Below are positions 13,207-24,992 of a DNA stretch of 64,000 bases, one piece after another; positions within the stretch are counted from its first letter, which is position 1; the number at the start of each line of letters is the position of its first letter. The notes below the pieces were generated by a model that worked only from the letters and a program-made list of their open reading frames with translations, was not told where the DNA came from and made no database searches. The stretch is from Mytilus trossulus (lineage: Eukaryota): NCBI RefSeq assembly GCF_036588685.1, contig NC_086382.1, positions 54,808,001-54,872,000 on the forward strand, read 5' to 3'. The position numbers and the translations under genes were made by a program.

Positions 13207-14642
13207 TATAGCCAGTCAAGGTCGTTAAAAACTTCCATTTTTTGTCAAGTCCGTCGACGTAATCGATCTCTCCTACTAGACCTTTTCAACATCTCTCGAC
13301 ATCTACAGTTGAGAACGACTACGACAGGTAAAATGTGAAGGGTCGTCTCAAAATTAAAAAAATAAATCAGATCATTATTGATTTTAATGCTTACATTGAC
13401 AATGACAAAACTTTCTTATAGGTTGACAAGGGCGTCACATGTCTGTTAATTTTTCGCCTTAGATGCCTCTATAATGTACTCAATACTTTGTATCATTTCA
13501 ATTCACTTATTTGGTGTTTCACTTGAATTCTGTATTCACCAATCACTGCTAAAATGTTGTTACATTGAAACGAGTGGTCAATTATATTTTTTTTCACAAT
13601 TTATCAAGGAAAAACTTCAACTCGAGCAAGATATCTTGAAGCAGAGAAGACCGTCGTTTATAAAAAAAAACTAAAAAAAACCTGAAGTGATATTATCCTT
13701 CAACTTAAAAAGTCAATATGTAAGTATCCCTCTAGAAATTGAATATGTACATCAACTAAGGTGAAGATCGGTGGAAAAACACCAAGTTGGTCGTGTTCAC
13801 AAGAGTGTGATACGGACGGAGGGTCCATTATTCTTTTTCATAAATTTTGAAAAAAGTCACAAAAGCTTTTACGCCAACAAATTAAATCGTTATTGGCATG
13901 CGGTAAATATTTGGCGAAAGACTCACATTATCACAAAAGTGAAGAGAAAATGGGAAAGGATTCAGAATGATTGAAATAGTTTTTTAATCAATTCAACATG
14001 AAATGTCGTGCATATAAATACGAAATAAGAATATATGACAGAGACATATGTATGGTGGACGGTTGGGACGTTTCCCCTTTTCGTGTTTTCGGGGTAATCC
14101 ATAAATCAAGAAATTGAGAAATCAGGAAATCTAGAAATCAAGAAATTGGAAAATCGAGAAATAGAGAAAGCAAAAACGCGAAATCGAGAATAGATTTCAC
14201 GTTTTCGTGTTATCTCTTTGGTGTTTTGGCGTTTTTGCTTTCTTGCTTTCTCGATTTCTCTATTTCCCGATCTTATCTATTTCCCAATTTCCCCGGCCCA
14301 CTTCTCAATATATCTCGATTTCTCGAATTCTAATTTCGCGTTTGCAAAGTGAAAGGAGAAGTCACGAAAACGCGAAATAAATGGCCACATTCGGCCACTG
14401 TACATACATTTATTTATTTACTTGGTTGATATATATTCTTAAGCTATATAGTCAAAACAGTATAAAACGGCCAATACAATATGTTACGTAATGATAATCA
14501 TGTTTTTTTGTCTTTGAGACGAGCCATCCATTTTACCTGTAAACTGTAGGTGTCATTAGTCGATGTCGAGAGATGTTGAAAAGGTCTAATTGTGAGGTAA
14601 TTGAAATAGTCGTTGGTCCGTGGAATATAACGACTGGATTAT
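13207..14642. mobile_element. Diverged inverted-repeat pair (element C), nested in B
   Basis: TAGACCTTTTCAACATCTCTCGACATC (about 13277) versus GATGTCGAGAGATGTTGAAAAGGTCTA (about 14562); ACAGGTAAAATG versus CATTTTACCTGT; ends CCAGTC/GACTGG; no clear TSD. Confidence 0.6.
14051..14402. mobile_element. MITE with IS3EU-type ends (element D), nested in C
   Basis: CATATG|TATGGTGG ... CCACTGTA|CATACA; ~9-bp GAAATCGAG-like units in the left half, reverse complements in the right half. Confidence 0.7.
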
Positions 14643-15502
14643 TCAGGTAAATACAATAAGGAGATGTGGTAATAAACCGTATAATTGACAATGAGACAAC
14701 TATCCACCAAAGCGAAGTTCAAATAAAGTCGATGTAAGCAAGTATAGGCAACCTACGGCCTTCAACAATGAAAAAACATAATACCAAATAGTCGGCTATA
14801 AAAGGCTACATCATTACTGGAAAACCCGGGTTCTAGTAATAAACGTATATATTAATCCTAAAATGCTACTGATTATCGGTTCATTTAATTCTGACAGGAG
14901 GGGAAAGGGCTGACATATATATATTGATACACATGCCTACTGAATTTTTTCTGGTCAAGAATCTTAAAAATTGCCGCTACCAGATTCCCGTTCTATGAAA
15001 ATTTACAACCAAAAAGATAAAAATATTCACGAGTCCCTCGATCGCAACAGTTGCTTATTAACGCCTAGTATTCAAGATATGATCCCCACCCGGTGACACA
15101 CCTCCTTATAGCCCGGCAACCTTACCAAATCTTATATTTTGTCTATCGGATCGTTAATTAACCGAAATGATTTACGATGTTAATCAATAAAGCTAAAAGA
15201 TTTTGAATGTGCATGTCATGTAAAATAAAAAAAATCATTTGCAATGAATTCGTAACAATATAATCCTAACTCAATTGACAAACCATGCTGTATTCCGCCT
15301 GGCTCTTCTGTTCAGCAGTCAACCATGATCCCAGGTCGGATTGTTGTCTCTTTGACACATTCCCCATTTCCATTGTCAATTTTAAATAGGTGACGCGTGT
15401 AGAAAAAAATAAACAGTTTCATAGTTTTACGATCATGGTCATTAACAAACTATCCAGAGGAAAAACCTCCTAATATTTTTCGATCTAGTACCATGATCAT
15501 TC

Positions 15503-15945
15503 AAGATTTGTACCTGTATCTGTAGGAAAACGTTGTGGATAAAAAAAAACGGCTTTAATACAACGATAGACAGAGCGCCGTCGATGTATTGACGATGCAC
15601 GAGAGCAGTTTCTGAACGACTGTCAACTATCGCGGTTTGTGCACTACAGTTTCTTCAAGGTGGTTCCACTCGAATACTGTTTTTACGAAAAATAAGTTGG
15701 AAATATTATGGTATTTTGCTCGTTGAGATCTCAAAACACTTTTTGAAGTTCTTGATATGCAATTTTTTCAATACGTTTCTTGACTGATAATTGTTCAATC
15801 GGGCACTTGGCAGCAATTGATTGTCCTTTTTTGGACGAGCTTTTTTTTTATTTTCTGGCTCTATAGCACTGAAAAACTTTCTTATCAGGAATCCTAGTGT
15901 TAATTTTGACTCTTTGACTACGTTGCATTTTTGGAAATATTTTCT
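15503..15945 (-). mobile_element. Degenerate 3' fragment of a CR1-group LINE ORF2 plus tail
   Basis: Minus strand encodes ..NVVKESKLTLGFLIRK.. and ..NLFFVKTVFEWNHLEETVV.., matching the CR1-type KKANxxLGFLxRN and SFFPxTxxxWNxL motifs; CAGATA-like tail. Confidence 0.7.
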
Positions 15946-17633
15946 GACCTACAAGGAACAGGTCCGTATAGAGACATTAACCAGAGGTCTGTGTTACAAA
16001 CTATATCACAAACGTTTACTTTTAATGTCTGAGTAAATTTGATTCGCATTTACTGGATTGTGTCAGGATGTATTCTGCAATATTGAGAGATAGTTAGTGT
16101 TTGAACTGAAAACTCGTATCCAAGGCTTGTAAAATATCAAGTGGTTTTAGATTTTAAATATTTTATTTGCGTGTTTTATATGGAATAATTGCTTACCAAA
16201 TGAACAGTAAAACGTTTTTAAGATTTTAAAGATAACAAGGAAAGTGTTTGAACAGTAAATGCTATTGCGAGGGCAGGAGTGTTTTAATTATAGACTATTT
16301 AACCCTATGTTATATGGAGATATAATAGTGATCCGGCTATGAACGATTGGACTGTGTAATATATATAGTTAACTCGAGAGTTAACCATGTTAACTACGTT
16401 TACATGGTGATGGATTAGTCCGCATGCTGTATATATGTTACTGTTATAAATTATAATAACTACGCATACTGATTTTATGAGTGCCCCGTGTGTAAGGGTT
16501 AGGGTGCAAATAAGGGTGCAAATTTGAATTACGCTATAGAAGCGAAGCTCCTGCTAGAGGAGGAAGATAAAGACTAGGTTACAGGTAACAGGTAGTCCAA
16601 TTTAGGTCCTCGTTTAGTTTTCTGGTTCCTTTAGATTTTATTACAAAATAGTGCATATTCAATACAGTTTTAATAAATAGTATACATTAATCAAGTAACT
16701 CATTTGAAAAGAAAACCATTCAGTTTGTCTTTGCAAAGTTCAAATATGATATTATAAACTGTGACATCTGTTATCTTCATTACTCAGGAGCCAAATAAAT
16801 AAAGATTGTTCGTCTATTTGCTTCTTGTATTAAAACATCATTAGAGAATTGCATTCTTTTCTGAAATTTTTATATTGAGATTATAATATTAAGGAATAAT
16901 GAGTGTCAAACCATTTCTCCCATTCATGATACATTTGGTTCCAAATTTGATACCCAGGACACTATTAGTAAAAATTTTCCAGCACCGTCTTATATTTCAT
17001 GTATTTAGTCTTATTTTGACCCGGTTAAATATTAAGTATAAATTTCCTGCCAAGTGACAGTAATATATTTGCGAAGTTGATAAGGAAGCCCGTTCGAGGA
17101 CAGCGACACATCTATGATATCCCATCCCAGGTTTGGTGACCAGTACAGTAAACTATAAATAAAAGCGGGACCCTGATATACATGCTATATAAAACAAACA
17201 ATGTATTTATCTATTTGTTTTCTTTTTTATAAATGTGCTTTACATAATTGATTTAAATTACATTGGTATATATTCCATATGCCGGTGCTCCTACTTACAG
17301 GAGGCTTATACACCGTAGAAGAAACCGAGCGCCATCTGTCGTCATAATGATCGTTAGCATAATACAACGATGACATTTCACACATTGACATTTCACACAT
17401 TGACATTTAACGAATCGACAAGTTACAAAACATCAACATACAAATTGACAATTAACGAATCGACAAGTTACAAAACATCAATATACAAATAGACAATATA
17501 CAAATCGACATTTAACAAATCGACAAGTTACAAAAGTTGAAAACAGCAATATACAAATTGACAAATCACACAGTTACAAGTTACAAATTGACAAGTTACG
17601 AAGTAAGAATTTTGACCCCGTTGGCTTTCCATA

Positions 17634-17846
17634 TGTTTTTGACCCTGAGAAAAAAAAATGTTTGTTTCACCCTCAGCTGTCACTATATGTAATGCTAAAA
17701 TTGAAAGAAAAAAATGGTTTTCGACTTGTCGCCAAAAAAATATATTGTCTTTCGCCGAAGGCGAAAAAAAAGTTTGTCCAGAAAAACAACTCCATAGCCC
17801 ATAACCCCCCCCCCCCCCCCCAAGAAAATCAAATGGTTGCCGCCTT
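17634..17846. mobile_element. Half of a MITE ending GAAAATCAAATGGTTGCCGCCT, apparently the target of element B
   Basis: Same TIR and internal TTCGACTTGTCGCCAAAAAA motif as 23823-24022 (opposite orientation). Confidence 0.7.
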
Positions 17847-17919
17847 TTATCTGACATTCTGTGCAAGTAAATCAAAAAATGTTTATCCTTGATTAATTTG
17901 AATAGAATTTTATTTTCGT

Positions 17920-18440
17920 GACACATGATTTGTCGAAGTACACCTCTTCAATTACTTGAACCTTGGCTTGCGAATTATTTTGGGAATACTTTGTTATCTG
18001 AAGTATCTTGCTTTAAATTGTTTAACTTCTGATATACATTTTGAAATATAGTAATCTGCTACTGGATATTCCGTAAAAACCGCTAATATAATCACGGGTT
18101 TTATTTATTCAATGAAACGGTTTTCGTGGGTGTTTGGGATTAGTCTTTCAATTACCTCCATTTCAGGCACAAATTTATATTGACGAAAAGTTCCGGCTTC
18201 GCAAGTACAGGAATTACTTTACATATGACAGTTATAACATGTATAGCAGGACAAATCTCGAAGTAAAACAATACGTGGACTTGTATTAAGTCTTTTAATA
18301 TTGGTGAATGCACCTTACTGAAGTGACGACTTTAAATGATCTATTTCGGAGTACTTCGGCAACATAAATTAAAATTCGCACTTTACATTTAAAGGACTGT
18401 CTTGGTGTCTCCAATTTGTCTTTTCAAAAGTTGAACGTTA
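17920..18440 (-). pseudogene. Decayed Cys-rich reading frame inside element A
   Basis: One frame, ~175 codons, about 6 stops: ..FMLPKYSEIDHLKSSLQ*GAFTNIKRLNTSPRIVLLRDLSCYTCYNCHM*SNSCTCEAGTFRQYKFVPEMEVIERLIP.. Confidence 0.4.
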
Positions 18441-18909
18441 TGCATGTAATGAGGTTTTTTTCCCATTTCACCATTCTTTTAAATAAATTGTTAAAAGCTA
18501 TAGACGATTAATGAAAATTGCAAAATTTAACCTGTTTCGAATCTCTGTCCCTGACCGGAGTCTATAGCAACATGCACTATTCTTGTAACGTTGGGCATCC
18601 TTTTTTTTCCCGCATAGCTTTGTTATTTTAATCCTCAAATATATACTAAATGTTACTTAGTATATGATCAAGACATATAAAACATAACTAAAAACATATA
18701 TTTGATTTGTTTAAATACTGGTTCGTGTTTAACACTGTGCGGGACAAATTTGCCATTCCGGTATCGGCAAATCTGACTTTGTCGGTTTACAAGATATCAA
18801 AAAAAAATATTTGCCCAGTGATAGATTATTGAAAATTTAAAAAAAAAAAGCCATATGATCCAACTTTTCACTGTTGTCACTCTTGTCACTGCAGCTGATT
18901 AAAAGTACA

Positions 18910-19300
18910 TTTCCCATGGGAAATTTGAAAATTCCCATGGGAATATTAGAATTTCCCTTGGGAACATTGAAAGTTCCCATGGGAAAATTTACTTTTCCCA
19001 TGGGAAGTTTAGAGTTCCCATAGGAACTTTAAAGTTCCCATGGGAACATAAGTAAATTGTTTGTTCCCATGGGAATTTCAAAATTTCCCAAGGGAAACTT
19101 TAAATTTCCCAAGGGAATTTTTCTTCCCAAGGGCACTCCTTTTCTTCCCATGGGAAAAACTTTTCCCATGGGAACAATATTTGTTCCCATAGGAACAATA
19201 ATTCTTCTCATGAGAACAATACTTCTTCCCATGGTAACAATAATTGTTCCCGTGGGAACAATATGTTTTCCCATGGGAACAATGATTGTTCACATGGGAA
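18910..19300. repeat. ~21-bp-period array of the palindrome TTCCCATGGGAA
   Basis: Roughly 18 phased copies; accounts for the three overlapping ORFs at 19029-19461. Confidence 0.9.
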
Positions 19301-19499
19301 GTGATATAACTAAAAAGAAAACATAAAAAAATCCTCTCATTGCATGAGTGAAGCAATTTCACAAAGCGGACTAAGTTATTATGGGTATAAATATTTCTCT
19401 GTATTTTAATTGTAGATATATATAATTTTTGTCTTGGCATGCTCAATTGAAAGTAAATCACTATGTGTCATAGTGCAAATCGAGTTTCAAAAAATTAAC

Positions 19500-19672
19500 T
19501 ACTATTAATTCAGAAATTATTGCTGTTTTTATTATTGTGAAAATAGTGACAGGGTTATAATCACAATAATATACACTTGCATATTGAAATTTTTATGACC
19601 TCAACAGGATTATTCTAAATTTTGCACACAAAAAAATGATGAAAGCTAGCAATAATTTCTGAATTTTCAGTA
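19500..19672. mobile_element. Short TA-flanked MITE (Tc1/mariner-like)
   Basis: TACTATTAATTCAGAAATTATTGC ... GCAATAATTTCTGAATTTTCAGTA. Confidence 0.65.
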
Positions 19673-20189
19673 TATAGTTTTGCATATATAGCTTTCATAC
19701 AATGTCTTATGTTTATCCATTTGAATGATTTTGTGTTTTTTTCATGCAGACATTTAAATGTTGATAGGTCTTGCTCATTGTTGACGGCTGTTCAGTCACT
19801 GGCTGAAAATACCGTTATCTCTGGTTTTTAGTTGTCTCATTGGCAATCACATACCATATCCTTACTTAATTTCAACACTTCTTAATTTAAGTTATGTGCA
19901 TTTGAGAATATCATTTTCAAAAAGACAAAACATTACATTTTGTATTACAAATAAGGCACTTGTGTTTTAATATTTCACCTTTCACTGAGATAACACCATC
20001 AAGTAAAATGTATGAAACAGATATTTTGCAGAAGAATCATTAAAATGAAAATAAAATCTGCAGATGACATAAATGAAGTTTACGATGATTATTAGAAAAT
20101 TAAGACACGTCAGTTCAAACTCTTAAAGCCTATTTTCAGATAATAAATATTAACCCCCCCCCCCTAACTTAACCCAAACGTTGCATAAG

Positions 20190-20700
20190 ATTCAAACGTA
20201 CTTAACAGACTTTTAAAAATTAGGGGTAGGCATGCTAAATGTATATACTCTTTAGACCAAAACTCGGACCTTTGGTGAAAACTAACCATCAGTTGATCCA
20301 CCTGGGACTTTTGGCCCATAAGACCTTTGAATATTACCTATAAAATGCACCTAGTAGGTAAATGGGTATTGACGAAAGGACATTTTGACACTCTTTAAAA
20401 AATCTGGGGTAGCCATGTTAGACCGTTTAGACTGGACCTTTTGAAGACAAACCATAACATATCTATTTTGGAGCTATGGTGAAGACAAACCCTAAAATGT
20501 AAAATGTCCATCCTTAGCCTTAAGGTCCATTGCACCCTAGACCATTACCTATCATTTGTACCTAGTGGTTAAACATGATTAACCGAAAGGAACTTTTGTC
20601 AGATTTTTTAAAATTAGGGGTAGGCATGTTAGACCCTGCAAACATAATTAAGTTTGGACCTACCAGGAGTTGTACCACCTGGACCTTTTGGACTATTGGA
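20190..20700 (+). repeat. Diverged ~190-210-bp tandem repeat (about 3 units)
   Basis: TTTAAAA(A)TTAGGGGTAGGCATGTTAGACC-like motif at about 20211, 20394 and 20604. Confidence 0.6.
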
Positions 20701-20745
20701 ACAGTGCTTTGGTTTTTTTATATTTGGTGTAAGTAAACAAAAAGT

Positions 20746-21253
20746 AACAAGAATATGTCCACAGTACACGGATGCCCCACTCGCACTATCATTTTCTATG
20801 TTTAATGGACCGTGAAATTGGAATAAATTCTCTATTTTGGCATTAAAATTAGAATGATCCTATCAAAGGAAACATGTATACTAAGTTTCAAGTTGATTGG
20901 ACTTCTACTTTATCAAAAACTACCTTGACTAAAAACTTTAACCTGAAATTTGCACTATCATTTTCTATGTTCAATGAACTATATAATTGGGGTCAAAACT
21001 CTAATTTGGCATTTAAATTAGAAAGATCATATCATAGAACACATGTATACTAAGTTTCAAGTTGATTGGACTTCAACTTCATCAATACATACCTTGACCA
21101 AAAACTTTAACCTGAAGCGGGACAGACGGACGAACGAACGGACGGACGGACGAACAGACGGACGGACGAACGAACAGACGGACGGACGAACAGACGGACA
21201 GACGCACAGACCAGAAAACATAATGCCCCTCTACTATCGTAGGTGGGGCATAA
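20746..21253 (+). mobile_element. pearl/HINE-like element, near full length
   Basis: AACAAGAAT start, subterminal ATGCCCC/GGGGCAT inverted repeats, two ~170-bp core repeats, GGAC/GAAC microsatellite 21120-21210, 3' hairpin. Confidence 0.85.
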
Positions 21254-21666
21254 ACAAATTCAATTGGTAGGAAGAAATCGCTGTAACTATACAATAATTT
21301 GTCAATTTTTTGTCTTGTATTTAATATGTGGATGATGGTGAACCTTAAAGAAACTCTGTTAGTCCTAAATTTTATTTTTATTGCAAATTTCCGATGGTCA
21401 AAAACCTTTGGATCACAACTTTTCAAAAACCTGAATTGTAGAATACAAATGACGTTAAGCACGATATTGCGTATCATATGGTAACGTCAAAGTTTTACGT
21501 TTTACGGCGATTACCGATTATTTGTGATAAGTTTTGTATTTCGCTTGCAATTTTTGTTTTGCTTTTCAATACGTATACTACTTATAATGTTTTGTTGTAC
21601 CGAATATGCATAGAATATTTCCCAATGATAGTAAAGTAAGCAACAAACAAAAAAATGTATCATATT

Positions 21667-21830
21667 CAGGGGCGGATCCAGCCATCTTAAAAAGGGGGTC
21701 CCAACCCAGGACAAAAGGGGAGGGGGGTTCTAACTATATTTCCCCATTCAAATGCATTGATCGGCAAAAAAAGGGGGGTTCCAACCCCCGTACCCCCCCC
21801 CCCCCCCCCCCGTCCACGGATCCATCAATG
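21667..21830. mobile_element. GC-rich MITE related to 6917-7084
   Basis: CAGGGGCGGATCCAG start, shared AAATGCATTGATCGGCAAAAA core, degenerate right TIR. Confidence 0.7.
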
Positions 21831-22450
21831 GCATTTGGGTAATGCATAGGTATATAAAATGAGAAGATATATATGGTAGGATGAGTGCCAAGAAAATTCT
21901 ATCTGAGGAACTATATACAGATGATCCACCATAAATAGCGTACCCCGAATCGACAACGTTGAAATTTTACGAACTTGCAAGACATTTCATTCCTTAAAAA
22001 ACGAAGTCGTTTCGACTACGCAAGTTATCAAAACGTATGTAGCTGTTTTGTAAAGTTAAAACACAATTATGGAAAAGCAATATTTAGCATGCAACTAATC
22101 TAAATTTTCAATAAATAACGTCGCAAATGACAATTTATTTGTAAAAAACGGCGAAATCCGACATTAAACATTTTGCAAGACATTTGACAAAGGCCGTTGC
22201 AATTTTATATGTAGTGTGAGTGCTGCAAAAATTCAATTTTGATATTGTCTATGTATGTACTTATATGTAAGCCGAATTTACACAAACAAAATATCATATA
22301 ATCTAATATTTCAAAACCTATAAATTTTGAAAACTTTTAACATCTTTTAAAATCTGACCAATATGAACACTTTTTGATTTTGCCAAAAAAACGCGTTGGT
22401 CATATCAGAAACACATATCCAGTAATATTATTATACTTTATATAGAGAAT

Positions 22451-22581
22451 AATACTTGGCAAAATTCGTATCATATGTCGTATCATCCCGAGACATCACT
22501 ATCAGCCCAAGGGCCTTTAGGCCCGAGGGATGATATTGGTCGAGGGTGATACGGCATGTGATACGGATTTTGCCATGTATT
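22451..22581. repeat. 130-bp imperfect palindrome (long hairpin)
   Basis: AATACTTGGCAAAATTCGTATCATATGTCGTATCATCC ... GGGCCT-TT-AGGCCC ... GGGTGATACGGCATGTGATACGGATTTTGCCATGTATT. Confidence 0.85.
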
Positions 22582-23822
22582 ATACGCTTTATCATATATT
22601 TCAACAGAAGGGTATTATATTATATGAACTGTTTTCTGATCCATAGCACTAAGTTACCTTCAGTTCTGCTTTTCTCTTGTTTCAAAGCCATAAAATAACT
22701 GCTCAATTATTTATACGAAGCACCTAGGTTACTTCACAATTTGCGTGCTGTTGTTTTAAAAAAAAAAATGTTTATTTTTGTATTTTTTATAGTTGCATTT
22801 AGTGTGCCAAAAAATATGATAGCTTTTGTTCGTGACGTCACATACAATATAAAAACTTGACGTTCGTGACGTTACATACCAAACAATGACGTCATTCAAA
22901 AAATTGACCTTTTTTGAGGAAATTTTTTCTTAAGCAAAAAAAAAACCAAAAAACTGACTTCATGTAAAAAAAAAAAAAAAAAAAAAGGTATGCGATACGG
23001 GTTTAGCTATGCGATACAGGGTAGGTGATACAGACTGGAAAAAACGAACCTTTATTAGATATACAAAATAGCTGTATTTTGTACTAAATATAATATGATA
23101 AATATATATATAAAGCATATCATTCATTCGAATTTTCGTGGATATAACACTATTTTGAAGAACACAAACACCTCTGCTAAAGTGATTGTGCGTATAGTCT
23201 GTTTCGTCTGACACGCATATTGTTGACGTTTTGTCAATATGTTGTCCTTATTTTAGACTAAAGTAAAATATGATTAAACAATTTGTTCTTTTTTTCAGAA
23301 TAGTATTTATCTGCCTAGTCTATGGATATAAGTTTTAAATAACTTAACTGTTATGATTTTATAGAAAAGCTGTTTATTAGTGTGGACTGGTTGTTTGCAC
23401 GGTATAGGTCCTTGATACATCGAAAATTGACGCACCCGCAGGCGTCCTTCAGACTGTTTATGACTAAATATGTTGATATGTAGTGATTGATACTTGAGTC
23501 TTAGAAGAACAAGGTTTATGTCAGTCTTAGTGCAATGATTTGGACAAACTTTCAGTTATTGTACATGTTCTCATTTTGGTGCTTTGTGTTTATAGCTATT
23601 GTCTAGATATAATGTTAGTGTTTCTTAGTGGTTTCGTACCAGTCTTTTAAGTTTATCTGTTTTCAATTGATTTTACAGTTTGTTCTTAATAAGTTGGCCA
23701 TTCACTCAGTTAAACAACGGGATCCACAGTTTTTCGTGAATGGCCGAAAAGGTCGAATTTACTATAATATCATGCACCGCTTGCTTGGATGCATTTATTC
23801 TTCCCGAGTGATTTTGCATCTA

Positions 23823-24022
23823 AGGCAGCAACCATTTGATTTTCGGGGATGGGCGATGGATTTTTTCCCCGGGCTAAGGTTGGTTTTTTTAGAAAAGAAC
23901 AATCTATTTTTTTGGCGACAAGTCGAAAGCAAATTGGTCACTTACCCCCCCCCCCCCCCCCCCTTAAACACACACACAAATAACCCACCCACCACCCCTC
24001 AGAAAATCAAATGATTGCTGTC
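23823..24022. mobile_element. MITE with AGGCAGCAACCATTTGATTTTC TIRs
   Basis: AGGCAGCAACCATTTGATTTTC ... GAAAATCAAATGATTGCTGTCT. Confidence 0.75.
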
Positions 24023-24060
24023 TGATTTCAATTTCTTGGGTCACTATGAAAACTACTAAT

Positions 24061-24992
24061 GGAATTGTGCTGCATATAAAAATTGACCTGTATTTCTGAT
24101 AGTGCTAAATCATTGTACAAGATTAAAAAACATCATTTGTTCCAATCTCAACTTGTCATCTATTTTGATAAATATACATTGTATTCGACCCTTTAACCAC
24201 ACACAGTAATGACATTTTCATTTATGCAATCGGTAAAAAATGTACATGTACACATTGTATATCTATAGCACCGTTAAGGGTTAAAAGATCGAGTACAATG
24301 TATACACAAATACACATAGAATTTCATTTAATCAACAAACACGTGTCAAGAATTTGAAATTTTGCAACATGCGAGACCTAAATATTTATACAAAATCGGC
24401 TTAATTTGTAACAGAGACGGATTTAGCGGGATGGCAACGGGCCACAGTCTCCCTATTTATATATGTATTTACATTAAGAAAAACATTTATTTATTTGAGA
24501 AAAGTGGTTATTCCTTTTTACCAGAGAAAAGTATAAAAGTAGTTAAGAAAGCGAGATTTTGATTGGATAAAATAATTAATTAAGCATAAGCTGAATTCAT
24601 TTTAGCATAAGCTAAAATCGTTGTAGCATAAGCTTAATTCATTTAAGCATAATCTATATTCATTTTAACATAAGCTAAAATCATTTTAGCAAAAGCTTAA
24701 ATCGTTTTAGCATAAGCTAAATTCATTCAAGCATAAGCTGAATTTTAATATTTATGACCTTGATTCCGCGCCGAGGTTTATGTATAAGCTAAACAATTCA
24801 GCATATGCTAAAATGATTTTAGCTTATGCAAAAATGAATTTAGCTTTTGCTAAAATGAATTTAGCTTAAGCTAAAATGAATTAAGCTTATGCTCAAATCA
24901 TTTTAGCATATGCTAAATTATAATATAGCTTATGCTAAAATCATTTAAGCATATGCTAAATTCGATGTTTATGACCCTAATTCCGCGTCATA
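24061..24992 (-). repeat. Right arm of element A
   Basis: Reverse complement of 5909-6728, with extra 21-bp units at about 24600-24745. Confidence 0.9.

Larger units (their letters stand above)
12356..17633. mobile_element. 5.3-kb foldback-like element with IS3EU-type ends (element B), nested in A
   Basis: TGTTAT|TATGGAAAGCCAACGGGGTC ... GACCCCGTTGGCTTTCCATA|TGTTTT; TSD matches 5 of 6; arms about 12356-12935 and 17148-17633 with tandem TTGTCRATTTGT subrepeats. Confidence 0.85.
5909..24992. mobile_element. Giant (19,084 bp) foldback-like TIR element with IS3EU-type ends, apparently non-autonomous (element A)
   Basis: AAAAGG|TATGACGCGGAATTAGGGTC ... GACCCTAATTCCGCGTCATA|AAAAGG: perfect 6-bp TSD (5903-5908, 24993-24998), TAY..RTA termini, arms 5909-6728 and 24061-24992 are reverse complements. 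Confidence 0.9.

Noticed and set aside
16493-16520. Telomere-like TTAGGG
   Set aside because: Only one exact unit within a short local duplication.
12350-17639. Polinton/Maverick call from 6-bp TSDs and long TIRs (also for element A)
   Set aside because: Ends are not AG..CT and no pPolB, integrase, capsid or ATPase motif is recognisable.
19029-19461. Three overlapping ORFs with PMG/SHG repeats
   Set aside because: Artefact of a 21-bp palindromic array that is open on both strands.
21043-21477. RTDG/VRLSV repeat ORFs
   Set aside because: Translation of the GGAC microsatellite in a pearl/HINE-like element.
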